From assembly GCA_040772485.1 (NCBI GenBank), contig JAXGYC010000009.1, positions 64,001 to 128,000 on the forward strand: a stretch of DNA of 64,000 nt, in the 5' to 3' direction. Numbering within the stretch: the first letter of the stretch is position 1; each line of letters begins with the position of its first letter. The notes under the pieces were generated by a model. It saw only the letters and a program-made list of their open reading frames with translations, did not search any database and was not told where the DNA came from. Position numbers and translations under genes: made by a program. The stretch comes from Sedimentisphaerales bacterium. Its GTDB lineage: Bacteria > Planctomycetota > Phycisphaerae > Sedimentisphaerales > Anaerobacaceae. Positions 1 to 9,923 of the stretch are shown in pieces.

Positions 1-486
1 GGCTTCGATCACGGCGGCCAGGATCTCGATGAGGAAGGGGACTTCGCTGCGTCCGGCGTCCTCCGGCGAGAATTCCACGTCATCGACGAACTGCCGGGCG
101 CACTGGACCGCCGCCACCGCCATCTTCACCACCTCGTCGGGCTTCTTGTTGAGCTTGTGCTTCATGTGGATCGGCGAAGTCGCGATGAACGTGTGGATCC
201 GCCTTCTCTTGGCCGGCGCGACGGCCTTGCCCGCGGCTTCGATGTCCACGTCCTTTGCTCGCGCAAGTCCTGCAATTACAGGACCTTGCACTTGTTCCGC
301 CACGAGCCGCGTCGCCTCGAACTGTGCCGGCGAGGAGACCGGGAAGCCCGCCTCGATGATGTCGACCCCGAGGGCGGCCAGTTGCTGGGCGATCTCGAGC
401 TTCTGCGGGATCGAGAGCGAGGCGCCGGGCGATTGCTCGCCGTCACGTAACGTCGTGTCGAAGATGAAGACTTTGTCGTCAGGCAT
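1..486 (-). CDS. leuA: 2-isopropylmalate synthase, N-terminal part (runs off window edge)
   Basis: Manual translation [24 protein letters not shown]...[10 protein letters not shown]...[12 protein letters not shown]...[18 protein letters not shown] upstream. Not in the ORF track. Confidence 0.92.
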   Translation of the reverse strand, partial: MPDDKVFIFDTTLRDGEQSPGASLSIPQKLEIAQQLAALGVDIIEAGFPVSSPAQFEATRLVAEQVQGPVIAGLARAKDVDIEAAGKAVAPAKRRRIHTFIATSPIHMKHKLNKKPDEVVKMAVAAVQCARQFVDDVEFSPEDAGRSEVPFLIEILAAVIEA

Positions 487-607
487 AGTAGTTCTCCGGA
501 AAATTATTTCGAGCCGCCGGCATTATGCCGCAACAGGGGCCGAAATGCTACGGTTTTGCGTAAGATTGGGGACTGCAACGAGTTGTGGTGGTTCTGTTAT
601 TTGCGCC

Positions 608-685
608 TTAGCGGCGCAGGATCAGGGCGGTCAGGCCGATGCGGCCGTTGAGGATGGAACGAATTGTGCCCTTTGTGGTACCCAT
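608..685 (-). CDS. Putative leuA leader peptide (25 aa)
   Basis: MGTTKGTIRSILNGRIGLTALILRR*, 4 Leu and 4 Ile, ending ~120 nt upstream of leuA on the same strand. Confidence 0.5.
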   Translation of the reverse strand: MGTTKGTIRSILNGRIGLTALILRR

Positions 686-775
686 AGATCATTCAAGTAT
701 ACATATCGGCCGCCCGGACGCAAGACTTTTCCAGAAGAATCCTGCAATTATCTCGAGATTGGTCCCGGCGGCGCA

Positions 776-2647
776 TCACTGGAGGGATTTCCAGGGGTCT
801 TCGACGTCGACTTGTGCGGCGGTCGCGGTGATCTGGCGCTGCGTGGGCAGGGGAGTCATCGGCACGGTCAGGATCAGCGAGGTCTTGCCCGGCCGGCGCC
901 ACTGCCACTTGTCACGGGGTGGGACCACCACGCCTTCGACGATCATGGTTCCGGCCATCGTCTTGTAGACGCTCGGATCGGCCACGCGGATCGGAGCGGT
1001 CGATCTCGTCACCGACAGCGTGAAGACAACGCCGGCGGCGGCGATCTTGTTGAAGTTGAACTCGCGCGTCACGCCGTTGTAGAGGACCACGTCGATCCAG
1101 GCGCCCTCGTCGTCGCGCCCCGTCTCCATGCGGACCGGCAGTTCGTCAATCTGGGCGCCGTGGACGCAGAATCGCGCCTCCATCGTGCCGGACTCGACGT
1201 CGACCGGATCGCCGACTTGCACCTGAGCGGGCAGCTTCAGGCTGCCGATCGCTCCCTCGAATTGCAGCCGCATCCGAAGGTCACGGGCCTGGATCGTGCC
1301 ATTAGCGATGCGGTCGAGCGAGATGTGGGTGTCACCCCGGTCGGTGGCGAAGAGAACCGCGCTGAGCAGCTCGGCGCCGTCCTGGATCGTGAAGATGCTC
1401 GCGGAGGAATAGTCGTAGCCATCGTGCAGAAAGCGGATGCGCATCGCCGCCGGGCCGGAAGGGGTGTTCCAATACGCCACGAGCGGCCTGCGCTGGTTCC
1501 AGAGATCGCCGCAGTTGACCGAGCCGATCGTGAAATCCGGATGCAGGTATGTCCGCCCGATCACGTCGTGCTCGCCCTGCGGATTCAGAACGAACGTCTC
1601 GATCTCTTCGCGGGCCTCGGGCACTGACGTGAAGTAGGGCAGCAGGTCCTCGGGGCAAGCCAGAGGGATGCGGTGGGCGTCGATGGATTCATACGCCTGG
1701 GCCTCGGACATGTAACTCACTTTTCCTCTGGTCCCTCGCTGGATGAAGGCCAGGGCGCTCGGGCGCAGCAGCGTCGCATAGGACCGGCTGTGCGGTCCGG
1801 CCCACTGCTTCGTCGGCGCGTGAAAGCGCCGGGCCAGATGGTACCAGGCGAAACCGTGAAGATCCTCCGTCAGACGCCTGCACTCGGGGTCTTTGACGTG
1901 GGCCAGGATGCGGGTCAGCTCGCTGATCGCCACGACGGTGTACGTGGGGCTGTTGTACTCGCTGAACGAACCCTTCTGCTCGGTGTAGTCGTGGAATCGC
2001 TGGAGGCGCTGCCTGCCGTAGTCGAACAGCGCGCTGTCTTTGAATCGCTCGCCGGCGACGAGTGTGACATACGTCCCCATGATCGCGATGTTGGTGTAGC
2101 CGGGCCCGACGTTGCGCCGCTGGACGGAACGGGCGGCGTGCAGGATCGACTCTCGCACCTTCTCCTGCAACGGTCCGGGCAGGCGGTCCATGTGATCGAT
2201 CGCCACCTGGAGCAGTTGCGTGCCGCAGAAGTCGGCCCAGTTCCAGTCGGGCGGCGACATCTGATCGAGCGGCTCTTCGAGGAACCACGACCAGATGCCG
2301 TAGGTGCGGCTGCCGGGGTCCTGGTCCTGGAGATCGATCACGCGGTCGAGGATCTGCTCGGCCCGCTCCAGACGATTGGGGTCGTCCGCATCGAGCAGAG
2401 CCACCGCGTAGACCAGCGAATCGCGGGTGCGGTGGACCGTGCCGGATTCGAGCGTCGTGTGGTAGCCCGGCGACGAGAACGGTCCCGCCAGCATCTTGGC
2501 GGTCCCGTCGTAGCTTTGATCCTGCGCCGCCAGGGCCTTGAGAAAGCCCTCGCGTCGCGCCGATGTGGGGAACCCGTCGGCGCCAAGGCACGAGGCCCAG
2601 TGCGTTGCCACGATCAATCCGATCCACGCAATCTGTCGGCGTATCAT
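776..2647 (-). CDS. Secreted hypothetical protein, possibly carbohydrate-active (helical N-half, beta-rich C-half)
   Basis: Start moved to MIRRQIAWIGLIV (AGGAGG RBS, signal peptide); motifs DWNWADF, YTNI, SEYNSPTY, AGPHSRSY. Confidence 0.7.
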   Translation of the reverse strand: MIRRQIAWIGLIVATHWASCLGADGFPTSARREGFLKALAAQDQSYDGTAKMLAGPFSSPGYHTTLESGTVHRTRDSLVYAVALLDADDPNRLERAEQILDRVIDLQDQDPGSRTYGIWSWFLEEPLDQMSPPDWNWADFCGTQLLQVAIDHMDRLPGPLQEKVRESILHAARSVQRRNVGPGYTNIAIMGTYVTLVAGERFKDSALFDYGRQRLQRFHDYTEQKGSFSEYNSPTYTVVAISELTRILAHVKDPECRRLTEDLHGFAWYHLARRFHAPTKQWAGPHSRSYATLLRPSALAFIQRGTRGKVSYMSEAQAYESIDAHRIPLACPEDLLPYFTSVPEAREEIETFVLNPQGEHDVIGRTYLHPDFTIGSVNCGDLWNQRRPLVAYWNTPSGPAAMRIRFLHDGYDYSSASIFTIQDGAELLSAVLFATDRGDTHISLDRIANGTIQARDLRMRLQFEGAIGSLKLPAQVQVGDPVDVESGTMEARFCVHGAQIDELPVRMETGRDDEGAWIDVVLYNGVTREFNFNKIAAAGVVFTLSVTRSTAPIRVADPSVYKTMAGTMIVEGVVVPPRDKWQWRRPGKTSLILTVPMTPLPTQRQITATAAQVDVEDPWKSLQ

Positions 2648-2849
2648 GCGGGAGCCTCCTTCTGTCGTATCCGAGCGATTGGCCACGGCCCTATGATACG
2701 TCGCTTCGTCATCCCGATCCAGCCTTTGTCGTGTTGGCGGCAATCTGTGGCAGACTTGTTCTGCATCGGTTCGGCGCGTATAATGGCGCGCAGGAATGAA
2801 CGTATGGATCCAGCCGCACTCAGGGAGATGTGATTTGACGACCGAGCGA

Positions 2850-3779
2850 ATGGAAAACCCGCAAGTGACGCCGCTCAAGCGGAACCTCCAGAACGTCATC
2901 TTCGGCAAGAGCGACAGCATCGACGTGATGGTCGTTGCGCTGCTGGCAGGCGGCTCCGTCCTGATCGAAGACGTGCCGGGGGTAGGCAAGACCACGCTGG
3001 CCAAGGCGCTGGCGCGGAGCATCGACGCCAAGTATCGACGGATTCAGTTCACCCCCGACCTGCTGCCGGCTGATATCCTCGGCTCGTCCATCTACAACCC
3101 GGTCAGCGGCGATTTCCGCTTCGATCCGGGCCCGATCTTCTGCAACATCCTGCTGGCCGACGAGATCAACCGCGCCTCGCCGCGAACGCAGTCGGCTCTG
3201 CTCGAAGCGATGAACGAGAACCAGACGACCATCGAGGGCCAGTGCCGCCCGCTGGCCCGGCCGTTCATGGTCATCGCGACGGAGAACCCTATCGAGTTCC
3301 ACGGGACCTACCCGCTGCCGGAGGCGCAACTGGACCGCTTCCTGGTCCGGCTGGCGATCGGGTATCCGACGGCGGAGGTCGAGGTCGACATCCTCAAGTC
3401 GCACGCGAACCGCGAGCCGCTGGATTCTATCGAGCCGGTGATGGGTCTGGACCAGGTCCGCGGGATTCAGGAAGAGGTGGCGAACGTGCACGTCGACGAT
3501 GCGATCCTCGAATACATCGTCGAGATCGTCCACGCGACGCGGAACGACAGCCGGCTCCAGTTGGGCGTCAGCACGCGCGGGACCCTGATGCTCTCTCGCG
3601 CCGCCCGGGCCAGAGCCTACGCGCTGAATCGCGCGTTCGTGATTCCCGACGACGTGTCGTGGAGCCTTCCGCACGTGCTGCCGCATCGCCTGCTGCTGAC
3701 CGCTAAGGCGCAGCACGGCGGCGCGACCGCCCAGCAGATCGTTGCGGAGATCCTGGGGCGGATCAAGGTTCCGGTGTAG
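2850..3779 (+). CDS. moxR: MoxR family AAA+ ATPase
   Basis: EDVPGVGKT, RIQFTPDLLPADI, LADEINRASPRTQSALLEAM, GTYPLPEAQLDRF. Confidence 0.95.
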   Translation: MENPQVTPLKRNLQNVIFGKSDSIDVMVVALLAGGSVLIEDVPGVGKTTLAKALARSIDAKYRRIQFTPDLLPADILGSSIYNPVSGDFRFDPGPIFCNILLADEINRASPRTQSALLEAMNENQTTIEGQCRPLARPFMVIATENPIEFHGTYPLPEAQLDRFLVRLAIGYPTAEVEVDILKSHANREPLDSIEPVMGLDQVRGIQEEVANVHVDDAILEYIVEIVHATRNDSRLQLGVSTRGTLMLSRAARARAYALNRAFVIPDDVSWSLPHVLPHRLLLTAKAQHGGATAQQIVAEILGRIKVPV

Positions 3780-3793
3780 GACAGGCACTCGAT

Positions 3794-5044
3794 ATGGCCG
3801 CCACCCGTACGAGAATGCGTCTTGGTCTGACCGACGCGGGACGGATGCTCCTGATGGGGACGGTGTTCTTCGGCCTGGCGGCGCAGCTCGTTCCGGCGTT
3901 CGGCGTTCTCTCGGCGCTGATCGTGGTCCTGCTGACGGTCCTGGCCGTCGGCTTCGTTCTGCGGCCCCGAATCGAGGTGACCGCCCACCTTCCCGATTAC
4001 GTCGTGGCAGGGCAGGACGCCCAGTTTCGCTACACGCTCAAGAACGCGGCGCGCGTTCCAGCCTACGATCTGCACGTCCGTTTCGTTGGGTTGCCCCAGA
4101 CGATCGAACAGGTGGGCGGCGCCCAGATGGTCCCGCGCCTGGGGCCGGGCGAGTCGACGGAGGTGGCCGTCACGATGCGGGCCCGACGACGGGGCAACCA
4201 TCTGATCCCGTTGCCGATGTGCCAGTCGAGCTTCCCGTTCAACCTGCTTGTTTTCGGCTCGCATCGCAAAGACAAAGCGACGCTCACGGTTCTGCCGGTG
4301 TTCTACCAGCTCCAGATGCGTCTGGCGCGTCTGAGCGGTCAGGGGCGCAGTGGCGTGGCCGGATTCGCCGGAAGGGCGGAGGTCTCCCCCGAGTATGCGG
4401 GCAACCGTCCGTTCCTGCCGGGCGATTCGCCGCGACGGATCGACACCCGCGCCTGGGCACGCCTGTCCGTTCCGGCGACCAAGGAGTACCACAACGACGC
4501 CGACCGCTGTGCGGCCCTGGTGCTGGACACGCGAATCCGTCCCGACAGGAAGAGGGCGGGCGACGAGGAGATCCCGGAACTCGAAGCCGCGGTGTCTCTT
4601 TGCGCCTCCATCGCCTTCAGCATCCAGCGGGACTGCCTCGTCGAGTGGTTCCTGGCCGGGCCCGAACTGCACGACTTCACGGTGTCGCGAGGCCGTCCGG
4701 CCCTTGGCGCGCGGGCAGGGCGCGCGCGGCAGGGGGCGCGCGTCGACGCGATCCACGAAATCCTGGCGACCGTGGAACCGGCGGAAAACTACGACCTGGA
4801 CCGGACCGCGGCCGCACTGACGAGCCATTTCCATCGTATTTCTGAGGTCGTCTTCATTCTGTTGCGACCGGACCGGGTGTATCTGGACCTGTTGGGATTG
4901 GCCGCCGCATCCCGTTGCCATTGCAGCGTGTATCGGGTGGCCGAGGCCGACGCCCGGAGCCCCGAGAGCGATGCGCTGCCGAGCGATTCGGTAACGCTGC
5001 TGTCGCCCGAGGATATCCTGACCGGCCGCCTGGGGCCTCTATGA
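3794..5044 (+). CDS. DUF58 domain protein
   Basis: Two N-terminal TM segments; EYAGNRPFLPGDSPRRIDTRAWAR; follows moxR. Confidence 0.88.
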   Translation: MAATRTRMRLGLTDAGRMLLMGTVFFGLAAQLVPAFGVLSALIVVLLTVLAVGFVLRPRIEVTAHLPDYVVAGQDAQFRYTLKNAARVPAYDLHVRFVGLPQTIEQVGGAQMVPRLGPGESTEVAVTMRARRRGNHLIPLPMCQSSFPFNLLVFGSHRKDKATLTVLPVFYQLQMRLARLSGQGRSGVAGFAGRAEVSPEYAGNRPFLPGDSPRRIDTRAWARLSVPATKEYHNDADRCAALVLDTRIRPDRKRAGDEEIPELEAAVSLCASIAFSIQRDCLVEWFLAGPELHDFTVSRGRPALGARAGRARQGARVDAIHEILATVEPAENYDLDRTAAALTSHFHRISEVVFILLRPDRVYLDLLGLAAASRCHCSVYRVAEADARSPESDALPSDSVTLLSPEDILTGRLGPL

Positions 5045-7152
5045 AGCCGCAGAAGATCATTGCCGTCATCATGGTTCTGGCCAGCTCGGCGGTCACCGCT
5101 TGGGCCTCGGTGGATATCGCCTATCCGGCGATCCTCTGTATGCTGGGCCTGCTGGGCCTGTCGCGGAAGTTCACGTGGAACTTCAAGCCCGAGCGGCGGA
5201 TCATCACCTCGCTGCTCATGCTGGTTCTGGCGATCTTCTTCGCATTGCACTACAGCTACACGCGTCCGCACAGTTGGGTGGCGCATGAGTTGGCCATGAG
5301 TCTGGCCTGGCAGACGGTCGCCCGGTACTTTCTGGCCGGCATGATCCTGATGCTCTTTCTCGGATCGCCTCGACAGCTTCCGGCCTCGCTGGGGCTCTTT
5401 CACCTGGCCAGCACGGTCTGCGCCGGCCAGGTCCTGCTGCTGAACGACCGATTCATTGCCTTTCGTCTGCTGGAGCTGTTCTCGGCGGTTCTTGTGGTGC
5501 TCTACGCCGCGACCACGTCCGGCCCGGTCCCCACGGGGCCCGAGCCCGATGCGCCGCGGCCCCGTGAGGATGCCAGGCTCATCGTCGCACGCCGTCGCAG
5601 GATGCCGAGATGGGCCGCCAGCGCGCTGATCCTCGTGGTGGCCGCCAACGCCGGATGGATCATCAGTTCGATTCTCTATCGGCACGTCGAGCTGCTCGAG
5701 TACCTGCCCGCCTGGTTCGGAAAGCAGGTGATCAACATGGACTCGACGACGGCCGACGCGGCGCGCATCGCGTTTTCGACGACGGGACGCCTCTCGAGCC
5801 TGGCGTCGGTCCTCGAAGACCAGGATACGACCGTGGCCCTGGAGATCGAGAGCGAACAGTCGCCCGGCTACCTGCGCGGCCGCGCGTTCGAGGTGTACCG
5901 TCAGTCTCAGTGGCACGATCTGTCATATCAGGAAGCCGTCTTTCCCCAGCCGGGCAACCTGTACATTGCGAACCGGACGAACATCTTTCGGCTGTACGAA
6001 GAGGACGCCTCAGACGCCGAGACGATGGTGATTCGGCACGCGCTTCAGTTCGACGATGCGGCGTTCGCGCCTCTGGACCTGTCGTATGTCGAAGCGCCGT
6101 TCAAACTGTTGCTGCGCGATGACGACGACATCATCTACACTCCGAAACTGGCGCGGGGCAAGCGATATCGGGTCGCCTATTCTCCCTCGCCCAGGCAGAC
6201 TCCGCCGCAGGGGATGCAACGGAGCCGGTCCCTGGATGTGCCCGCCTCGCTCGATCCGCGTGTCGAGCAGCTTGCGAATCGGCTCTTCTCCGGCTGCCAC
6301 AGCACGGCCGAGAAGATCGAGGCGGTCGTCCGGCACTTCCGGAAGAACTACACCTATGCGTACGACCCGCAGATTCCTGCCGGCCGCGACAGGTTGACGA
6401 GTTTTCTGCTCGAAGGCTCCCAAGGCTACTGCGAGTACTTCGCCTCCGGCGCCGCCATCCTGCTGCGCCTGGCGGGCGTGCCCACGCGGTACGTCGTCGG
6501 GTTCCTTGTCACGGAACGGGACAGCCGCACCCGTGCCTGGATCGCGCGGAACATGGACGCGCATGCCTGGGTCGAGGCGTGGGACGAACAAGAAGGTCGA
6601 TGGGTGACGGTCGAAGCGACAGCGCAGAGCAGCGACGCCGCCGCGGCCGCCGAAGAACAAGCAGACGCTTCCGGCGATGCGACGAGCGTATGGCTCGGGC
6701 AGTTTCTGCATGCCCTGTACGAGTATGGCCTCGTCGGCGCCTTGACTTGGTTGTTCACGTACCACGGTGGATCGATCTCGCTGCTGGCGCTGGCGGTGCT
6801 CTCGGTCGTGGCGCTGTGGTGGGGTCTGTCGCGACGCTATCGAAGGGCGACCGGGCCGAGTGCGTCACGATATGGGGGCGACCCTTCGGTTGCCGCGTTG
6901 CATCGGTTGCTGGCTCGCATGGATCGCAGGCTCAAGGTCCTCGGCGTCCCGCGTCCGCTGACCGAGACGCTGCACGCCTTCGCCGGCCGGCTGCGCACAC
7001 ACGATTCCGGCGGGGCCGCAAGCGGTCGGGACTGGGCGGGGGTGTCGGATTGGTACGTCGAGTACGCCAACCTGCGCTATGGCGGGGCGGTCCGCTCCGA
7101 ACACGTCGAATCGCTCCGGCAGCGCGCCAGCCGATTGCAGAAGTCACTGTAG
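5041..7152 (+). CDS. Membrane transglutaminase-like protein (TgpA/DUF3488 type)
   Basis: Multi-TM N-terminus; GYCEYFASGAAILLRLAGVPTRYVVGF; AHAWVEAW; ATGA overlap with DUF58 gene. Confidence 0.9.
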   Translation: MKPQKIIAVIMVLASSAVTAWASVDIAYPAILCMLGLLGLSRKFTWNFKPERRIITSLLMLVLAIFFALHYSYTRPHSWVAHELAMSLAWQTVARYFLAGMILMLFLGSPRQLPASLGLFHLASTVCAGQVLLLNDRFIAFRLLELFSAVLVVLYAATTSGPVPTGPEPDAPRPREDARLIVARRRRMPRWAASALILVVAANAGWIISSILYRHVELLEYLPAWFGKQVINMDSTTADAARIAFSTTGRLSSLASVLEDQDTTVALEIESEQSPGYLRGRAFEVYRQSQWHDLSYQEAVFPQPGNLYIANRTNIFRLYEEDASDAETMVIRHALQFDDAAFAPLDLSYVEAPFKLLLRDDDDIIYTPKLARGKRYRVAYSPSPRQTPPQGMQRSRSLDVPASLDPRVEQLANRLFSGCHSTAEKIEAVVRHFRKNYTYAYDPQIPAGRDRLTSFLLEGSQGYCEYFASGAAILLRLAGVPTRYVVGFLVTERDSRTRAWIARNMDAHAWVEAWDEQEGRWVTVEATAQSSDAAAAAEEQADASGDATSVWLGQFLHALYEYGLVGALTWLFTYHGGSISLLALAVLSVVALWWGLSRRYRRATGPSASRYGGDPSVAALHRLLARMDRRLKVLGVPRPLTETLHAFAGRLRTHDSGGAASGRDWAGVSDWYVEYANLRYGGAVRSEHVESLRQRASRLQKSL

Positions 7153-7176
7153 CCGGACCGATCCGCCTGCGGCCGA

Positions 7177-7566
7177 TCACTTCAGAAACGCGATGGCGAT
7201 CGGGTAGCGCCAGGGCTGGCCCTTGTCGGCCTTCAACGCGCCCAGAACGATCAGGACGATGTGGACGACGATCAGCACCGGGATGAGAAACGCCCCGACG
7301 ACCGTGACGCCCAGCGCCGCCAGATAGATCATAAACGAGATCTGGTAGTTCATGGCCTCGCGTCCATGCTCGTCCACGAACCGGTGCTTGTCCCTCTCGA
7401 TCAGCCAGATGACCAGCGGGCCGAAGAAGCCGACCGCACCGAGAATGTGGCACAGCATCGCCATATTCCGCGCGTCCTGAGAGGTCTCCGTCTGCTGCCC
7501 TGTGTCTGTATCGTAGCCGGAAGAGGACGTTGCCTGCGACCATCGGGAACCGCTTTCTTCTGCCAT
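7177..7566 (-). CDS. DUF4870 membrane protein
   Basis: AMLCHILG...GPLVIWL...FVDEHGREAMNYQIS...WRYP. Confidence 0.85.
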   Translation of the reverse strand: MAEESGSRWSQATSSSGYDTDTGQQTETSQDARNMAMLCHILGAVGFFGPLVIWLIERDKHRFVDEHGREAMNYQISFMIYLAALGVTVVGAFLIPVLIVVHIVLIVLGALKADKGQPWRYPIAIAFLK

Positions 7567-7667
7567 GATTCAACTCCTGCTCTGCATGCCATGAAAACCG
7601 TTACGGCTTTATAGCAAAGGCCTTGCGCTCGGTCAAGACGGAAACGCGCACGGCCGGCAGCGTGGTC

Positions 7668-9599
7668 CTATGGCCGAGGACCGGCGCCGCTGACGTCGAT
7701 CGGCTCGATGCCCAGGACCCGTGCGGGTGAATCGGCTGCGAACTCCACCTTGCCGTCGCGAAAGGCGGTCAGCTTCGGGTCCGCCAGGACGTTGGCCGCC
7801 TCGGGCTGCATCTCGTACGCACCTGTCTGTGTGTACTGATCGAGCTTCTTGCACTCGACCTGGCCCGCAGCGCTGTAGAGGACGTTGCCCGCCAGGGTGG
7901 TGATGCCCTCGCGGTTGTCGAACACGATCTTGCCTTTGGCCCAGAGGACATTCTTCTCGAAGCGATAGTCGGACGACTTGGGCCAGGTCAGGTGCAGGTT
8001 GCCGTCGTTGACGAAGACGTTGTTGCGGATCGTGTTGCCTTTGGCCATGTGGTTGTGGCTTGGGCGCACGACGTTGACGGACAGATTGCCCTCGACCAGG
8101 CAGCCCTCGGACTGTTCGTCGAGGTAATAGGCCGAGGCGCCGTAGCCGCCCGTGTCGATGATGTCGTGGATGTAGTTGCCGCGCAGGACGAGGTTCTTGC
8201 CCCCGAAGCAGTAGATGCCGCCGCCATCGTGCAGTTCGAGCATGGCGTCGTGGATCCGGTTGGCCTCGATCACGTTGTTCTCGCCGCCACAGGTGACCGC
8301 CGAGTACGGCGCGTGGTGCACGTGGTTATGGGCGAGCAGCGAGTCCTTGCCGCCGCCGGTCAGGGCGATCGCGCTGGGGTAGGTCAGGCCCACGTTGTGG
8401 ATGTGGCTGTCAGATATCTCCAACTCGGTGCCGTTGAAGCGGACGCCGCAGGCGCCGACGTGGTGGACGTGACATCGTTGGATTCTCAGGTTCGTGCCCG
8501 TCGCCTTGATGCCTTGTCCGCCGACGTTGACAATCTCCAGGTCGCGGAGGGCACAATTCTCCGCTCCGCTGACCGAAAGCGCGCCGTCGAAGAGGCCCGC
8601 GCCGAAGCCGCCGGCCTTGAGTGGCGTGGTGGTCGCTGAGAGCGTCAGTCCTTGCAGGGTGATGTCCCGAACGGGCTGGTCGCGGCGGCCCTGAATCCGG
8701 AGGATCGACTCGACGGCCGGCGCCAGGACCTTCGCCTGGCTCATGTCCTCGCCGGGCAGGGGCCAGTAGACCACCTTGCCCGCCGTGCGGTCGAGATACC
8801 ACTGTCCGGGCTCGGTCATTCCTTCGCGGACGTTCCAGACGACGTAGGTCTTGACGCCGAACGCGCCGGCCGGGTGCCCCGTCGGGCTGGAGAACGTCAG
8901 CGTGTGCGTGGCGGTGTCGATCGCTGCGATGCCCACCATCGAGTCGTCCCACATGTGGTAGACCGTGACCTCGGCGTTCCGGATGTCCAGCCACGGGCCC
9001 AGGTCTTCGGGTCGGTACTTCATCGTGGTCAGCTCGGCCTCCGTGGGCTTGCGTTTCCAGCCGCCGCCGGTGGTGCTCATCCACGGCACGTCGAAGACGC
9101 TGCGATGCTCGAAGCGGCCTTCCTTCGGCAGCCGGGCCCGGGGGCAGTAGCGACCGTTGACGATCAGCGTGCGGAAGTCCCATTGGCCCTCTTTGACGCC
9201 GGGCACCGCCGCGGCGTAGAAATCCGGGCCGTCCTTGTGCCACCCGGTGACCATGCGGCCGCCGTACAGCGTTACATCGGCGCTGGCCGTGGCCTCGATT
9301 GTCAGCCCGTTGTCCCTATCGCTCAGAACGATGGGTTCATCGATGTAGTACTCGCCCGCCTGGACGACGATCCGCCGTGGCGCCTCGGTCCCCAGCGTGC
9401 GAGCCGCCCGGCACGCGGCGCCCAGCGTCGCCAACGGTCCGTCCGTGCGCTCGCCGTTAGGCTGCACCGCCCGGCCCGACCAGGCGTCGTTGCCGTTCGG
9501 CGCCACGTACAACGTCGCGGCTTCAGCGCCACAAGTTCGACTGGTCACAAGGGCGGTCAACACCAAGACGGCTGTCAGGGTCACAAGGGTTCTGCTCAT
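7668..9599 (-). CDS. Secreted right-handed parallel beta-helix protein (putative glycosidase/lyase)
   Basis: Signal peptide; LYVAPNGNDAWSG...DGPLATL; repeated IxxNxIH turns; DGGGIY; YYLDEQS. Confidence 0.85.
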   Translation of the reverse strand: MSRTLVTLTAVLVLTALVTSRTCGAEAATLYVAPNGNDAWSGRAVQPNGERTDGPLATLGAACRAARTLGTEAPRRIVVQAGEYYIDEPIVLSDRDNGLTIEATASADVTLYGGRMVTGWHKDGPDFYAAAVPGVKEGQWDFRTLIVNGRYCPRARLPKEGRFEHRSVFDVPWMSTTGGGWKRKPTEAELTTMKYRPEDLGPWLDIRNAEVTVYHMWDDSMVGIAAIDTATHTLTFSSPTGHPAGAFGVKTYVVWNVREGMTEPGQWYLDRTAGKVVYWPLPGEDMSQAKVLAPAVESILRIQGRRDQPVRDITLQGLTLSATTTPLKAGGFGAGLFDGALSVSGAENCALRDLEIVNVGGQGIKATGTNLRIQRCHVHHVGACGVRFNGTELEISDSHIHNVGLTYPSAIALTGGGKDSLLAHNHVHHAPYSAVTCGGENNVIEANRIHDAMLELHDGGGIYCFGGKNLVLRGNYIHDIIDTGGYGASAYYLDEQSEGCLVEGNLSVNVVRPSHNHMAKGNTIRNNVFVNDGNLHLTWPKSSDYRFEKNVLWAKGKIVFDNREGITTLAGNVLYSAAGQVECKKLDQYTQTGAYEMQPEAANVLADPKLTAFRDGKVEFAADSPARVLGIEPIDVSGAGPRP

Positions 9600-9734
9600 C
9601 TCTATCACTCCTCTGAGATCGAATCACCGATTCTATGCTGGTCACTGTGTCCGGTCATTCTAACCGACTCGCCGGTCCGACGAAACGCCTTGCTTGCGAC
9701 GGCGGGATTGCTCTGAAGTCGCCTGGGTACGCGC

Positions 9735-9846
9735 GTGGCAGCCTCAAACGCGCAGCGTTTGGGGATGGTAGACACACGCGTCACACCAATTTCGAAAGGC
9801 TGTCCATGCCAGGAGCCATCCCCAAGCTTCGCTTGAGGCTGCCACG
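9735..9846. repeat. Inverted pair of GTGGCAGCCTCAA...TTGGGGATGG palindromic repeats (other copies 36468-36497, 45443-45526)
   Basis: Direct sequence comparison. Confidence 0.8.
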
Positions 9847-9923
9847 AGTTATGTAAGAGGCGGCGCGGGCTTGCCGGCAAAAGACGTTTGCCAAACCGGT
9901 GGCCGCGCGTCTATAGTTTGGCC

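Noticed and set aside
29..1627. Long plus-strand ORF and many similar ORFs (e.g. 49766-53269, 17871-19556, 42052-44151, 47797-49614)
   Set aside because: Antisense shadows of real genes in GC-rich DNA; no motifs
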